64,000 nt of DNA from Chloroflexota bacterium (lineage in GTDB: Bacteria; Chloroflexota; UBA11872; VXOZ01), in assembly GCA_964291655.2 (NCBI GenBank), contig OZ219801.1, forward strand, positions 384,001 to 448,000, written 5' to 3'. Below the pieces are notes generated by a model, which saw only the letters and a list, made by a program, of their open reading frames with translations, was not told the DNA's origin and searched no databases. The translations under genes and the position numbers were made by a program. Positions 27,576-36,289 of the stretch are shown here, piece by piece; position 1 is the first letter of the stretch, and each line of letters starts with the position of its first letter.

Positions 27576-30359
27576 TCAAGGCATGCGATACACCTCAGCC
27601 GCCGGTTTTACCGGGCGTGGAATCCACAGCGGCCGGCGCAACGCATTCGTACCTTCTGCGGGGCGGGTCTTCTTCATCCACTCCAGGTACACTTGGTGAG
27701 ACCTATCAGTATCCACAAAGACATCGCCGTATTGATCGTCGGCGCCTGCCGTTTCGACGCACACCTTCTGGTGCCAGCAGTGCATGCCGCTCACCGGGTC
27801 CGGGTGCACCGGGAAGGTCATATTCTGATGCACGCCGGAATCTTTCCACCAGACGCGGTCTGAATCCGGGTCCGGGCTTTTGAATGGCCTCACGCCTTCA
27901 ATTTGCCGCATGAACCACTGCCCGTCCTTTACCTGCTTCAAGTCCACGTGGGCGGTCGACCAGCGCTCGCCGCCGCTCTCCTTCGAGAGTCGCCAGCGCC
28001 CCAGGTGGTGTGAACATGCCACAATCCCGGGACGTATGCCTTCCGTGACCCAGACACGTATGACGAAGTAGCCCACTTCCGTACTTACCCTGGCAAGATC
28101 GCCGGTTTCAAACACAAGCCGTTCGGCGTCCTTTGGGTGCACCCAGAGCGGATTGGTATGCGAAATCTCATACAGCCACTTGGCATTTCCCGCCCGCGTA
28201 TGGATGAGTGTCGGCAGACGGAACGTGGGCAACAGGACGTATTCACCCTTGCCGTGGTCGATGTTATCTCGATGCACATGACTCCTGATGTAGGTCGGCA
28301 CGGCGTATTCCGACCACTTGAACTCGCGCATTGTATCGGAGAAGAACTCCAGCTTGCGGGAAGGCGTATGGAACCCTTCAACCGCCGTGCCATCCACCTC
28401 TACTCCAAGCACTTCGCCGTTCTTCCGCACCTGGTGGGTAACGGGATCAATCTCTGCCCCGTCGAGCTGCTCGGCGGTCAGCGGGTTTTCATGCACAGCA
28501 TAGGTGTCCCGCTTCACTTCGAATGCGCCGTACTTGCGCATATACGCGAGGGGCGCAAGCTCCTCTTTCTCCGCAGCCTCCGGCAGTCCCGGTACACTAT
28601 TCTCGAATATCCACTGGTAGTACTCGCTTATCGTCAGCTTTTCACCGGGCCGGTATGGGGACTCGAAGAATTCCCGCACGCCCAAGCTGCCATCGGGGTC
28701 GATGCGCCAGGAGAGCTCAATCCAGAACTCATCCTCTTCCCACACCTCACCGGGATTGGCTTCGTAGGTGAACTCGACGGCATCGCCGTTCTTTTCACGC
28801 GCCACCCGCAGCACCGGTTGGCGGAAACCGATCCAAGCCCCGGCTTGCGTCTCTTGGCTCATGAGATCGTGGCGCTCGGCGCCGTTGCCCATGGGCAACA
28901 CGTAGTCCGCAAACCAGGCCGTCTCGCTCCACACCGGCGTCAACGCGGCATGGACACCCACCTTATCCTCGTCACTCAGCATTTCGATCCACGAGGCCCC
29001 ATCGGGATTAGTCCACACCGGGTTATAGACCCGCGTGAAGTAAGTATCTACCTTGCCGCGTCCTTCTTTAAGAAAGTGCGGCAACAGAATGCTCATCTCA
29101 TGGTGCGCCAGCGGAAATTCCTTCGGCCACAAAAGCTCGCTCCATACCTGCTGCGGCGGGGGTTTGATGTAGGGCGCGGGCGCGAACTTATTCCAACTAT
29201 TCGGCGACGTGCCGCCGCGCGTGCCGATGCTCCCCGTCAACACGCCGAGAAAGGTCAGGCAGCGGGAGACTTGCCAGCCGCCTTCATTGCCGGAGGCCGC
29301 ACTGCGCCACACATGGCTGGCAAAAGCGGTGCCCGCCGCGGCGATCTCGCGCGCCACCGCAACGATCTGGCTGGCGTCTACTCCACTCTCCTGCTCGGCA
29401 AACTCCGGTGTGTACGAGGCATAGAACTCTTTGATGGCGGCAATAAAATTGTCGAATGTTGCATCCACGTCAGGATGCTCAGTGCGCATGTACTCGTGCC
29501 AATTCAGCCACTTCTCCATGAAGTCGCGGTTGTAACGGTCTTCCTGCAAGATGATGTTTGCCATGGCAAGCAGCATTGCCGCCTCAGAACCCGGCCATGA
29601 CGACAGCCAGTAGTCTGCCCGCGAGGCAGTATTTGAAAGCCGCGTATCGATGACGGCAATCTTGGCCCCAGAGAGCTTGCCCTCAATGATCCGCTGGGCA
29701 TGGGGATTGAAGTAGTGCCCCGTTTCCAGGTGAGCGCTGATTAGCAGCATGAACCGCGAATTGGCGTGATCGGGCGAGGGTCGGTCCGCGCCCTGCCAGA
29801 GCGTGTATCCCAGACGCGCGCCTGACGAGCAGACGTTGGTATGGCTGTTATGTCCGTCCACGCCCCAGGCCTGGAGCACGCGGTCCATGTAGCCGTCGTG
29901 TCCGGGACGACCCACGTGATACATAACCTCAGTGCGCCGGTCTTCCTGTAGTGCGCGTCGAATGCGCGCTGCGAGCGAATCGAGCACTTCATCCCACGTG
30001 GTCCGTTCCCACTCGCCGGAGCCGCGGGGCCCGGTGCGCTTCATGGGGTAGAGTATGCGCTCCGGATCATGCACCTGGTTGATAGTCGCCGGGCCTTTCG
30101 CGCAGTTACGGCCGCGACTGCCGGGATGCGCCGGATTGCCCTCGAACTTGCGAATGCGCATGTCTTCTTTGTCGATGTACGCCAGCAGGCCGCACGCGGA
30201 CTCGCAGTTAAAGCATACGGTTGGGACCAGCATGTAGTTCTTCGGGACTTTCTGGGGCCAGGCTTCCGGGTCGTATTCAGTCCAGTCGTCCCACTGCTCT
30301 ACCGGAGGGTAGTTCGCAAGCTGGCCTGACTCGGGAAACTGTGGTTTGAAAACCGACAT
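27576..30359 (-). CDS. Molybdopterin (bis-MGD) oxidoreductase catalytic subunit, Psr/Ttr/Arr-like lineage, no Tat signal
   Basis: CFNCESACG...NCAKG FS0 cluster, HNSHTNVCSS putative Mo-Cys ligand, ETAWFADYVLP, C-terminal molydop-binding domain. Confidence 0.88.
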   Translation of the reverse strand: MSVFKPQFPESGQLANYPPVEQWDDWTEYDPEAWPQKVPKNYMLVPTVCFNCESACGLLAYIDKEDMRIRKFEGNPAHPGSRGRNCAKGPATINQVHDPERILYPMKRTGPRGSGEWERTTWDEVLDSLAARIRRALQEDRRTEVMYHVGRPGHDGYMDRVLQAWGVDGHNSHTNVCSSGARLGYTLWQGADRPSPDHANSRFMLLISAHLETGHYFNPHAQRIIEGKLSGAKIAVIDTRLSNTASRADYWLSSWPGSEAAMLLAMANIILQEDRYNRDFMEKWLNWHEYMRTEHPDVDATFDNFIAAIKEFYASYTPEFAEQESGVDASQIVAVAREIAAAGTAFASHVWRSAASGNEGGWQVSRCLTFLGVLTGSIGTRGGTSPNSWNKFAPAPYIKPPPQQVWSELLWPKEFPLAHHEMSILLPHFLKEGRGKVDTYFTRVYNPVWTNPDGASWIEMLSDEDKVGVHAALTPVWSETAWFADYVLPMGNGAERHDLMSQETQAGAWIGFRQPVLRVAREKNGDAVEFTYEANPGEVWEEDEFWIELSWRIDPDGSLGVREFFESPYRPGEKLTISEYYQWIFENSVPGLPEAAEKEELAPLAYMRKYGAFEVKRDTYAVHENPLTAEQLDGAEIDPVTHQVRKNGEVLGVEVDGTAVEGFHTPSRKLEFFSDTMREFKWSEYAVPTYIRSHVHRDNIDHGKGEYVLLPTFRLPTLIHTRAGNAKWLYEISHTNPLWVHPKDAERLVFETGDLARVSTEVGYFVIRVWVTEGIRPGIVACSHHLGRWRLSKESGGERWSTAHVDLKQVKDGQWFMRQIEGVRPFKSPDPDSDRVWWKDSGVHQNMTFPVHPDPVSGMHCWHQKVCVETAGADDQYGDVFVDTDRSHQVYLEWMKKTRPAEGTNALRRPLWIPRPVKPAAEVYRMP

Positions 30360-30378
30360 TGCGCGGTTGCTCCTCTCG

Positions 30379-31938
30379 CTAGCTCAGCGGCAGCGCTTGA
30401 CCGGCTCTTACCCAAATGTCTTCGAATAGCAGCAACCCTACGAGCGCGCCCGCGCCTGCAACGATCACTGCAGCCGGTGCAAGTCCCAATGGGATCGCGA
30501 TAAGCAGTATCACCGGCAATACGTGCCCAGCACCGACCACACCGGCCCAGAAGCGCTGCGAGTACTGGCCCCGCAAGATCATTTGCGCGGCCTTGGCAGC
30601 ATCCCTCGTGCCATGCGGCAACCACAGCTCGCCAACCAAGATGATGAATAGGTTGGCAATCAGGCCCCAAAGCAAGACGGTGCGCAAGAACTCCTCGGTT
30701 TGTACGGTCGTCTCGACTACTGTGCCAAGGAGTGCCAATGATGCGGCGCCAGCCAACGCGGCCTGCACCAAGAGGTGCACCGGCAACGCGGGGCTCAACC
30801 ACAGGTCGCGCGCTTTCGACTGCGCAAAGAGAAATCCCGTATATATAGCAGCGAGGATTGCCAACACGCCTCCCGGCCACCAGAGTACCTGCATCAGACC
30901 TCCCGCACCGGCCAGTGCAGCAAGTAAGCTTAGACCTACAACTACGGCAAAGAACAGCAAGATGTACGTGCCGATGGCAACCCATGATCGCCATTGCGGG
31001 CGAATGAGAATGGTATAGAAGCGGTCGGGGCGCTGGAGGTCCCAAACCAGTAGGCCGGCCGTGATTGCGAGGAATATCAAGGCCAGAATTGGGCCGCCCC
31101 ACGCCAGCAGCGGGTTATCCGCCACCAAGCCCAACGCGAGACCGGCAGCGGGCAGCAGAAAAGCGCCTGCGGCGATTGATTTCGTCCAAATGTACGCGCT
31201 GACTTTCCATCCCCAGGGCGTCGGGTGATCCACGTCGTACACCGTCTTGGCCGACTTTGCCACCAGGTCCTGGAGCAAGAACTCACTGTCCTGGAGCATG
31301 TTCGGGTTCTGGCCGTTGCCGTTGGCATTCGGCATTTCACTCCACATGCCGTAATCCTTGACCGGAGTCGCGGCCGAAGGGGTCAGGCTGCTCTCGTCGG
31401 CATCGATATAGAAGAGCTTCGGTACCGTGCCTTTCTCGGGCTTGCGCACCTGCACCGGCTCGCGTGAGATCAGCTTGGAGATGTAGCTCGTCGGATCGTC
31501 CAAGTCTCCCGATACAATGGCCTGGGTGGGACAAACCACCTGGCACGACGGTTCCAACCCAACCTCAACGCGGTGCGCGCAGAAGTTGCACTTCGCGGCG
31601 GTATGCGTGTCAGGATCAATGTGTAGCGCATCATACGGACATGCTTGGAGGCAGGCCTTACAGCCAATACACCGCTCGGGATCGAAATCGACGATGCCAT
31701 CTTGCTCGCGGCGGTACAGCGCAGTGACCGGACAAGACGGGATGCAGGGAGCATCATCGCAGTGGTTGCAGCGGAGTACGGTGAAGTGGCGGCGGTTATC
31801 AGGAAACTGGCCGGTCTCAACGTACTTCACCCAGGTGCGGTAGACGCCTAACGGCACGTCATGCTCGGATTTACACGCAACCGTACATGCATGACAACCA
31901 ATACACTTGCGGTTGTCGATAAGAAAGCCAAATCTCAT
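30379..31938 (-). CDS. Fused 4Fe-4S ferredoxin (NrfC/DmsB-like) and NrfD/PsrC membrane anchor
   Basis: CIGCHACTVAC, CNHCDDAPC..CP, CIGCKACLQACPY, KCNFC...PSC..VCPT; then WGWKVSAYIWTK, DLQRPDRF and multiple TM helices. Confidence 0.9.
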   Translation of the reverse strand: MRFGFLIDNRKCIGCHACTVACKSEHDVPLGVYRTWVKYVETGQFPDNRRHFTVLRCNHCDDAPCIPSCPVTALYRREQDGIVDFDPERCIGCKACLQACPYDALHIDPDTHTAAKCNFCAHRVEVGLEPSCQVVCPTQAIVSGDLDDPTSYISKLISREPVQVRKPEKGTVPKLFYIDADESSLTPSAATPVKDYGMWSEMPNANGNGQNPNMLQDSEFLLQDLVAKSAKTVYDVDHPTPWGWKVSAYIWTKSIAAGAFLLPAAGLALGLVADNPLLAWGGPILALIFLAITAGLLVWDLQRPDRFYTILIRPQWRSWVAIGTYILLFFAVVVGLSLLAALAGAGGLMQVLWWPGGVLAILAAIYTGFLFAQSKARDLWLSPALPVHLLVQAALAGAASLALLGTVVETTVQTEEFLRTVLLWGLIANLFIILVGELWLPHGTRDAAKAAQMILRGQYSQRFWAGVVGAGHVLPVILLIAIPLGLAPAAVIVAGAGALVGLLLFEDIWVRAGQALPLS

Positions 31939-32167
31939 AGCGGTTCCTGTGCACGTAAAGGAGTCATTCTGGTGCCCAATTATACAACAGAGCCTGCCGG
32001 GCTACCAATTTGGAAAGCCCGCACAGTTTGGCCTGCAAAACTCTCTCCCCGCAGCGGGTGGAATCAAATTGCCAAGGCAAGCCCTCAGGCTTTGGTGGGA
32101 AATTCCATTGAACGGTCTCAGCTTCAAATGCACTGTGTCCTATCCTTCTCCGCCAATGCAACTGGCT

Positions 32168-33220
32168 TCAAAGGGATTCAAGACTGGCGCTATCAAGTTC
32201 GTCACGCGGCGCGCGTTCCAGGAGTTCCACCGTTGCCTGGGCCACCGTGGTGCCGCCTTTGAGCACTTCATGCAGCAGCTCCGTAATCGGCAATTCCACG
32301 TCGAGACTACGCGCCAACCGCACGGCGGCACGGGTGGTCGGCACACCTTCAGCTACGTTGTCCATCGAATCGAGGATTTCATCGAGCGACTTGCCCTGCG
32401 CCAATTGTTCGCCAACGTGCCGGTTGCGACTCTGCCGGCTGGCGCACGTCGCCATGAGATCGCCGAGCCCTGCCAGTCCGGCAAATGTGAGCGGCTGCGC
32501 GCCCATCGCCACGCCAAGCCGCGTCATCTCCGCAACGCCGCGTGTCAACAGTGCCGCCTTCGCGTTGTCACCAAGGCGCAACCCATCGCAGATACCGGCC
32601 ACAATCGCCATGACATTCTTGAGCGCTCCGCCTAGCTCGACGCCAATGACATCTGTGCTCGTATAGACGCGAAAGCGCGGCAGCATGAGCTTCTCCCGCG
32701 CCCTGCGGGTCAATTCGGCATCGGTGCCTGCAAGCACGGCGGCAGCAGGCTGGCCTCTGGCAATCTCGCGGGCAAGATTGGGCCCGGAAAGCGCTAACAC
32801 GCCACCTGGAGCAAGCTCCGGTAGTTCTTCCCGGATCAACGCGGACATCGTCTTGCCGGCTGCGGTCTCAAGACCCTTTGTCGCCGAAACTAGGAGAGAG
32901 TCGGCCGTTACGCCCGGCGCAATCCAACGCAGGTTGCGGCGCATTGCTTCCGAAGGCACCACTAGCAGGATGATCTCGCTCCCCAGCAACGCCGCCAGGG
33001 GGTCGCCGGTGATGTCCACGGCGGGCGGTATGGGAATTCCCGGCAGGAAACGCCGGTTTTCTCCGCATTCCCGCAGTTGCTTCGCCTCATCGTCAGTGCG
33101 AGCCAGCCAGCGGACGGCGCGGTTTCCAAGGGCGAGTTGTACGGCCAGCGTGGTGCCCCACATGCCTGTGCCGACAACGGTGATCGCGCTTTCAACTTGC
33201 CGATTGGCGCTTGTCGTCAT
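32168..33220 (-). CDS. gpsA: NAD(P)H-dependent glycerol-3-phosphate dehydrogenase
   Basis: VGTGMWGT, TKGLE, LSGPNLA, GVELGGALKN, GLGDLMATC.SRQSRN, VAEGV. Confidence 0.95.
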   Translation of the reverse strand: MTTSANRQVESAITVVGTGMWGTTLAVQLALGNRAVRWLARTDDEAKQLRECGENRRFLPGIPIPPAVDITGDPLAALLGSEIILLVVPSEAMRRNLRWIAPGVTADSLLVSATKGLETAAGKTMSALIREELPELAPGGVLALSGPNLAREIARGQPAAAVLAGTDAELTRRAREKLMLPRFRVYTSTDVIGVELGGALKNVMAIVAGICDGLRLGDNAKAALLTRGVAEMTRLGVAMGAQPLTFAGLAGLGDLMATCASRQSRNRHVGEQLAQGKSLDEILDSMDNVAEGVPTTRAAVRLARSLDVELPITELLHEVLKGGTTVAQATVELLERAPRDELDSASLESL

Positions 33221-33359
33221 TCTAAGCTTCTCACACTCTTCTGCCAGCAGACTGAGGCAAACTGACACACGCGTAGCCGCACATATCCGACGTATCTACA
33301 CGTGTTACACGGCAATACTGGCCTCAAAGCGCTTTATCCAAAATACTGTCTAACCACTT

Positions 33360-33684
33360 GTGCCAAAAAGCCGGGGACTAGCCCCCGCGTTACGGCTTGT
33401 AAGCGAGGTTCGCGCTTACTTTGGCACGAAAACACGCGACGGTCGCAGGTTGCAAACCTGCGCTACTCGTGCCACAAAGCGGGGGACAAGCCTCCGCGCT
33501 TCGGCTTGTAAGCGAGGTTCGCGCTTACTTTGGCACGAAATCATGCAACGGCCGCAGGTTGCAAACCTGCGCTACTCGTGCCACAAAGCGGGGGACAAGC
33601 CCCCGCGCTACGGCTTGTTTACGAGGATCGTAATTGCATTGGCTCGCAAACATGTGACGATCGCAGGTTGCAAACCTGCGCTAC
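33360..33684. repeat. BIME-like array: three ~109-bp tandem units, each with two or three palindromes
   Basis: Units at 33360, 33469 and 33578; each has GCGGGGGACAAGCCCCCGCGCTAC-like and CGCAGGTTGCAAACCTGCGCTAC palindromes. Confidence 0.85.
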
Positions 33685-34640
33685 TAGTAGCCGGCTTCTT
33701 TGTCCACTACGTGCAACAGCTGTTCGCCATCGAGAAATCGTTGTAAATTCTGTTCCAGCAGATCGTAGAACCGATCGTCGTTGTGAGGAGCGGTTCCCGA
33801 CGTGTGTTGGGTAACGATGGCGTTGGGCATGTCCCACAGTTCAGAGTCCGGCGGCAAAGGTTCGGGATCGGTTACGTCGAGACCGGCGCCTGCGATCCAA
33901 CCTTCTTTCAGCGCCTGGAACAGCGGCTCCGCTTGGATGATCTTACCCCGGCCGATGTTATAGATGTACGCTGTCTGCTTCATGAGCCGAATCTCCGTTT
34001 CGCCAACCAGCCCTCTCGTCTCTTCTGTCAGCGGACAGCAAACCGCCACGTGGTCTGAACGCCGCAAGAGATTGTGCAGTCCCTCCGGTCCCACCAACTC
34101 AGCGAGATATGCCGGCCGTTCCTTGGGGTGGCGGCGAAGACCGATGACATGCATCCCCAAGTGGTGGGCCTTTTCGGCCAGGGCCCCGCCAATGCCGCCC
34201 GCCCCGATCACGCCGAGAGTCTGCCCCTCCAAACAGAAGGGGTGAAAATCAGGAGGCCGCCACACGTGATCGCGTTGCGCCTGAAGTATCTGAAGAAAAC
34301 CCCGCGCAAACGCCAGCATCATAGTCAAGACGTGTTCGGAAATCTGCGTCGCGTGGAGACTCTGCGCATTCGTCACAATCACGTCAGAGGCAATGATCTC
34401 CGGCGTCAGCAGGCGGTCGACTCCGGCTCCTTGGTTTTGGACCCAGCGCAGATTGCGTGCCTGAGGCAGCAATTCCTGAGGTAAGCGCCCGACCACAACG
34501 TGGGCCCGTGGCATCACCGCTGCATACTCAGCGTCGTTGCTTGGCACGACGAATTCGATCTGCGAGAATTTATGCCGTAGTTGCTCAACTTGATCCTTGC
34601 GGTGGCTCCATGTGGACATTACCACCGTAGTTGCTGCCAT
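33684..34640 (-). CDS. D-2-hydroxyacid dehydrogenase family protein
   Basis: GAGVD, ISEHV, GVIGAGGIG, NIGRG, GAGLDVTDPEPLP, TQHTSG. Confidence 0.9.
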   Translation of the reverse strand: MAATTVVMSTWSHRKDQVEQLRHKFSQIEFVVPSNDAEYAAVMPRAHVVVGRLPQELLPQARNLRWVQNQGAGVDRLLTPEIIASDVIVTNAQSLHATQISEHVLTMMLAFARGFLQILQAQRDHVWRPPDFHPFCLEGQTLGVIGAGGIGGALAEKAHHLGMHVIGLRRHPKERPAYLAELVGPEGLHNLLRRSDHVAVCCPLTEETRGLVGETEIRLMKQTAYIYNIGRGKIIQAEPLFQALKEGWIAGAGLDVTDPEPLPPDSELWDMPNAIVTQHTSGTAPHNDDRFYDLLEQNLQRFLDGEQLLHVVDKEAGY

Positions 34641-34715
34641 GGATAGAAGTACACCCTTTGCTATGCTAGTGCCATCACGGCAAGAGAAAGTCCACCTCAT
34701 GATAGCAGAGGAATT

Positions 34716-35750
34716 ATGATCCGGCTTGAGGACCTTGATTACGCCCTACCGTCGCACTTCATTGCGCAAAACCCGTGCGAGCCGCGCGACGCCGCCCGGC
34801 TGCTTGTATATCGCCGCGGTACCGGAATGATTCAGCATAGCCGCGTCGCGCACATAGCAGAGCACTTGCAGCCTGGCGACCTGCTCGTGGCTAACGACAC
34901 GCGCGTGATTCCGGCGCGATTATTCGGCCGGCGCGAGCACACCGGCGGCAAGGTGGAACTGCTCTTGCTGCGACCGCGAGAGCAGGACGCCTGGGAAGCG
35001 CTGGTGCGGCCTTCGCACCGTCTCAAGCCCGGTGCCCGGGTGCTTCTTAACAACCAGGATGGCGGAAGCCCGGATGTGATCGAGATCGGGGACGAGCTCC
35101 CACATGGCAGCCGGCTCGTGCGCTTCTCTGCTGACCCTGCCATCGTGCTCGAGCGCAGCGGCACGGTCCCGCTGCCGCCGTACGTCCGGCAGCCGCTGGC
35201 GGATCCCTCGCGCTACCAAACCACCTATGCCCGCGTGCGCGGCTCGGCTGCCGCTCCCACAGCCGGACTTCACTTCACGCCCCGGTTGGTTCGCGAACTA
35301 GAGAATTGCGGTGTGCGTTTTGCCTTCATCACGCTGCACATCGGCCTTGATACCTTCCAGCCCATCCGTGAATCAGACCCGTTGCAACACGCCATTCATA
35401 GCGAATACCTGGAAGTTCCACCGGAAACAGCGCAGATGATTGAGGAAACGAAGGGATTCGGCAAGAGAGTGGTGGCGGTGGGAACAACAAGCGTGCGCGC
35501 CCTTGAGAGCGCTGCCAATACGCAGGGCACTGTGCGAGCTTGGAGCGGCGACACGCGTCTCTACATCTATCCCGGCTATGAATTCCGTGTGGTTGACGGC
35601 ATCCTGACAAACTTTCACCTGCCCCGTTCAACCCTACTACTGCTCGTGGCAGCGTATACAGGCTTGCCTGAGCTTAAGCAAATCTACCGGTCGGCGATCG
35701 AGGAAAACTACCGGTTCTACAGTTTCGGCGACGCGAGCTTGCTGCTCTAA
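34716..35750 (+). CDS. queA: S-adenosylmethionine:tRNA ribosyltransferase-isomerase
   Basis: NDTRVIPARL, PLPPY, YQT.YA..GSAAAPTAGLHFT, VGTTSVRALES, TNFHLPRST, YRFYSFGDA. Confidence 0.97.
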   Translation: MIRLEDLDYALPSHFIAQNPCEPRDAARLLVYRRGTGMIQHSRVAHIAEHLQPGDLLVANDTRVIPARLFGRREHTGGKVELLLLRPREQDAWEALVRPSHRLKPGARVLLNNQDGGSPDVIEIGDELPHGSRLVRFSADPAIVLERSGTVPLPPYVRQPLADPSRYQTTYARVRGSAAAPTAGLHFTPRLVRELENCGVRFAFITLHIGLDTFQPIRESDPLQHAIHSEYLEVPPETAQMIEETKGFGKRVVAVGTTSVRALESAANTQGTVRAWSGDTRLYIYPGYEFRVVDGILTNFHLPRSTLLLLVAAYTGLPELKQIYRSAIEENYRFYSFGDASLLL

Positions 35751-35772
35751 GTGGGCGTATGAAAGCGGCGTG

Positions 35773-36225
35773 CGTTCATCCTTCGACAGGCTCAGGACGA
35801 ACGGTTACCAGTCATCCCAAGGAACACACCCCTCTTCCGTTCGTGGTGCGCCTCCTTCCGTTCGTGATGAGCTTCCTTCCGTTCGTGGTTGGCTTCCTTC
35901 CCTTCGTGGCAAGCTTCCTTCCGTACGCGGTGAGCCTCCTTCCGTTCGTGGCAAGCTTCCTTCCGTTTGTGGTCGGCTTCCTTCCGTGCGCGGTGGGCTT
36001 CCTTCCGTCCGTGATGCGCTTCCTTCCGTACGCGGTGGGCTTCCTTCCGTCCGTGATGCGCTTCCTTCCGTGCGCGGTGGGCTTCCTTCCGTTCGTGGTG
36101 CGCTTCCTTCCGTTCGTGGTGAGCTTCCTTCCGTTCGTGGTGCGCTTCCTTCCGTTCGCGGTGAGCTTCCCTCCGTGCGCGGTGAGCTTCCCTCCGTTCG
36201 TGGTGAGCTTGTCGAACCATGAACG
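35773..36225. repeat. Inverted REP doublet (35773-35804 and 36194-36225) enclosing an 18 x 21-bp tandem array (35834-36211), consensus CTTCCGTTCGTGGTGAGCTTC
   Basis: Left copy reverse complement CCGTTCGTCCTGAGCCTGTCGAAGGATGAACG versus right CCGTTCGTGGTGAGCTTGTCGAACCATGAACG; 18 heptad units counted from the translation. Confidence 0.9.
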
Positions 36226-36289
36226 GCGATTGGCTGAAAACCTCTCACACATCCTTCTGTTTGTGCAGGCCGTCACCTGGCAGCACCGG

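Noticed and set aside
28137-29600. Long antisense ORFs (e.g. 28137-29600, 23487-24503, 5217-6020, 7559-8377)
   Set aside because: Shadow frames opposite well-supported genes in GC-rich DNA, with no recognisable motifs.
27576-30359. Selenocysteine-containing formate dehydrogenase
   Set aside because: No in-frame TGA, and the FDH (C/U)H active-site motif is absent (the segment reads HTNVCSS).
31939-32167. Moco/Wco riboswitch upstream of the molybdoenzyme operon
   Set aside because: A minus-strand TATAAT lies only ~40 bp from the start codon, leaving no room for an aptamer, and no consensus was recognised.
33360-33684. Possible CRISPR array (palindromic 23-bp repeat with regular spacing)
   Set aside because: The intervening sequences are themselves near-identical and ~86 bp long, there are no cas genes, and the repeat occurs solo elsewhere like a REP.
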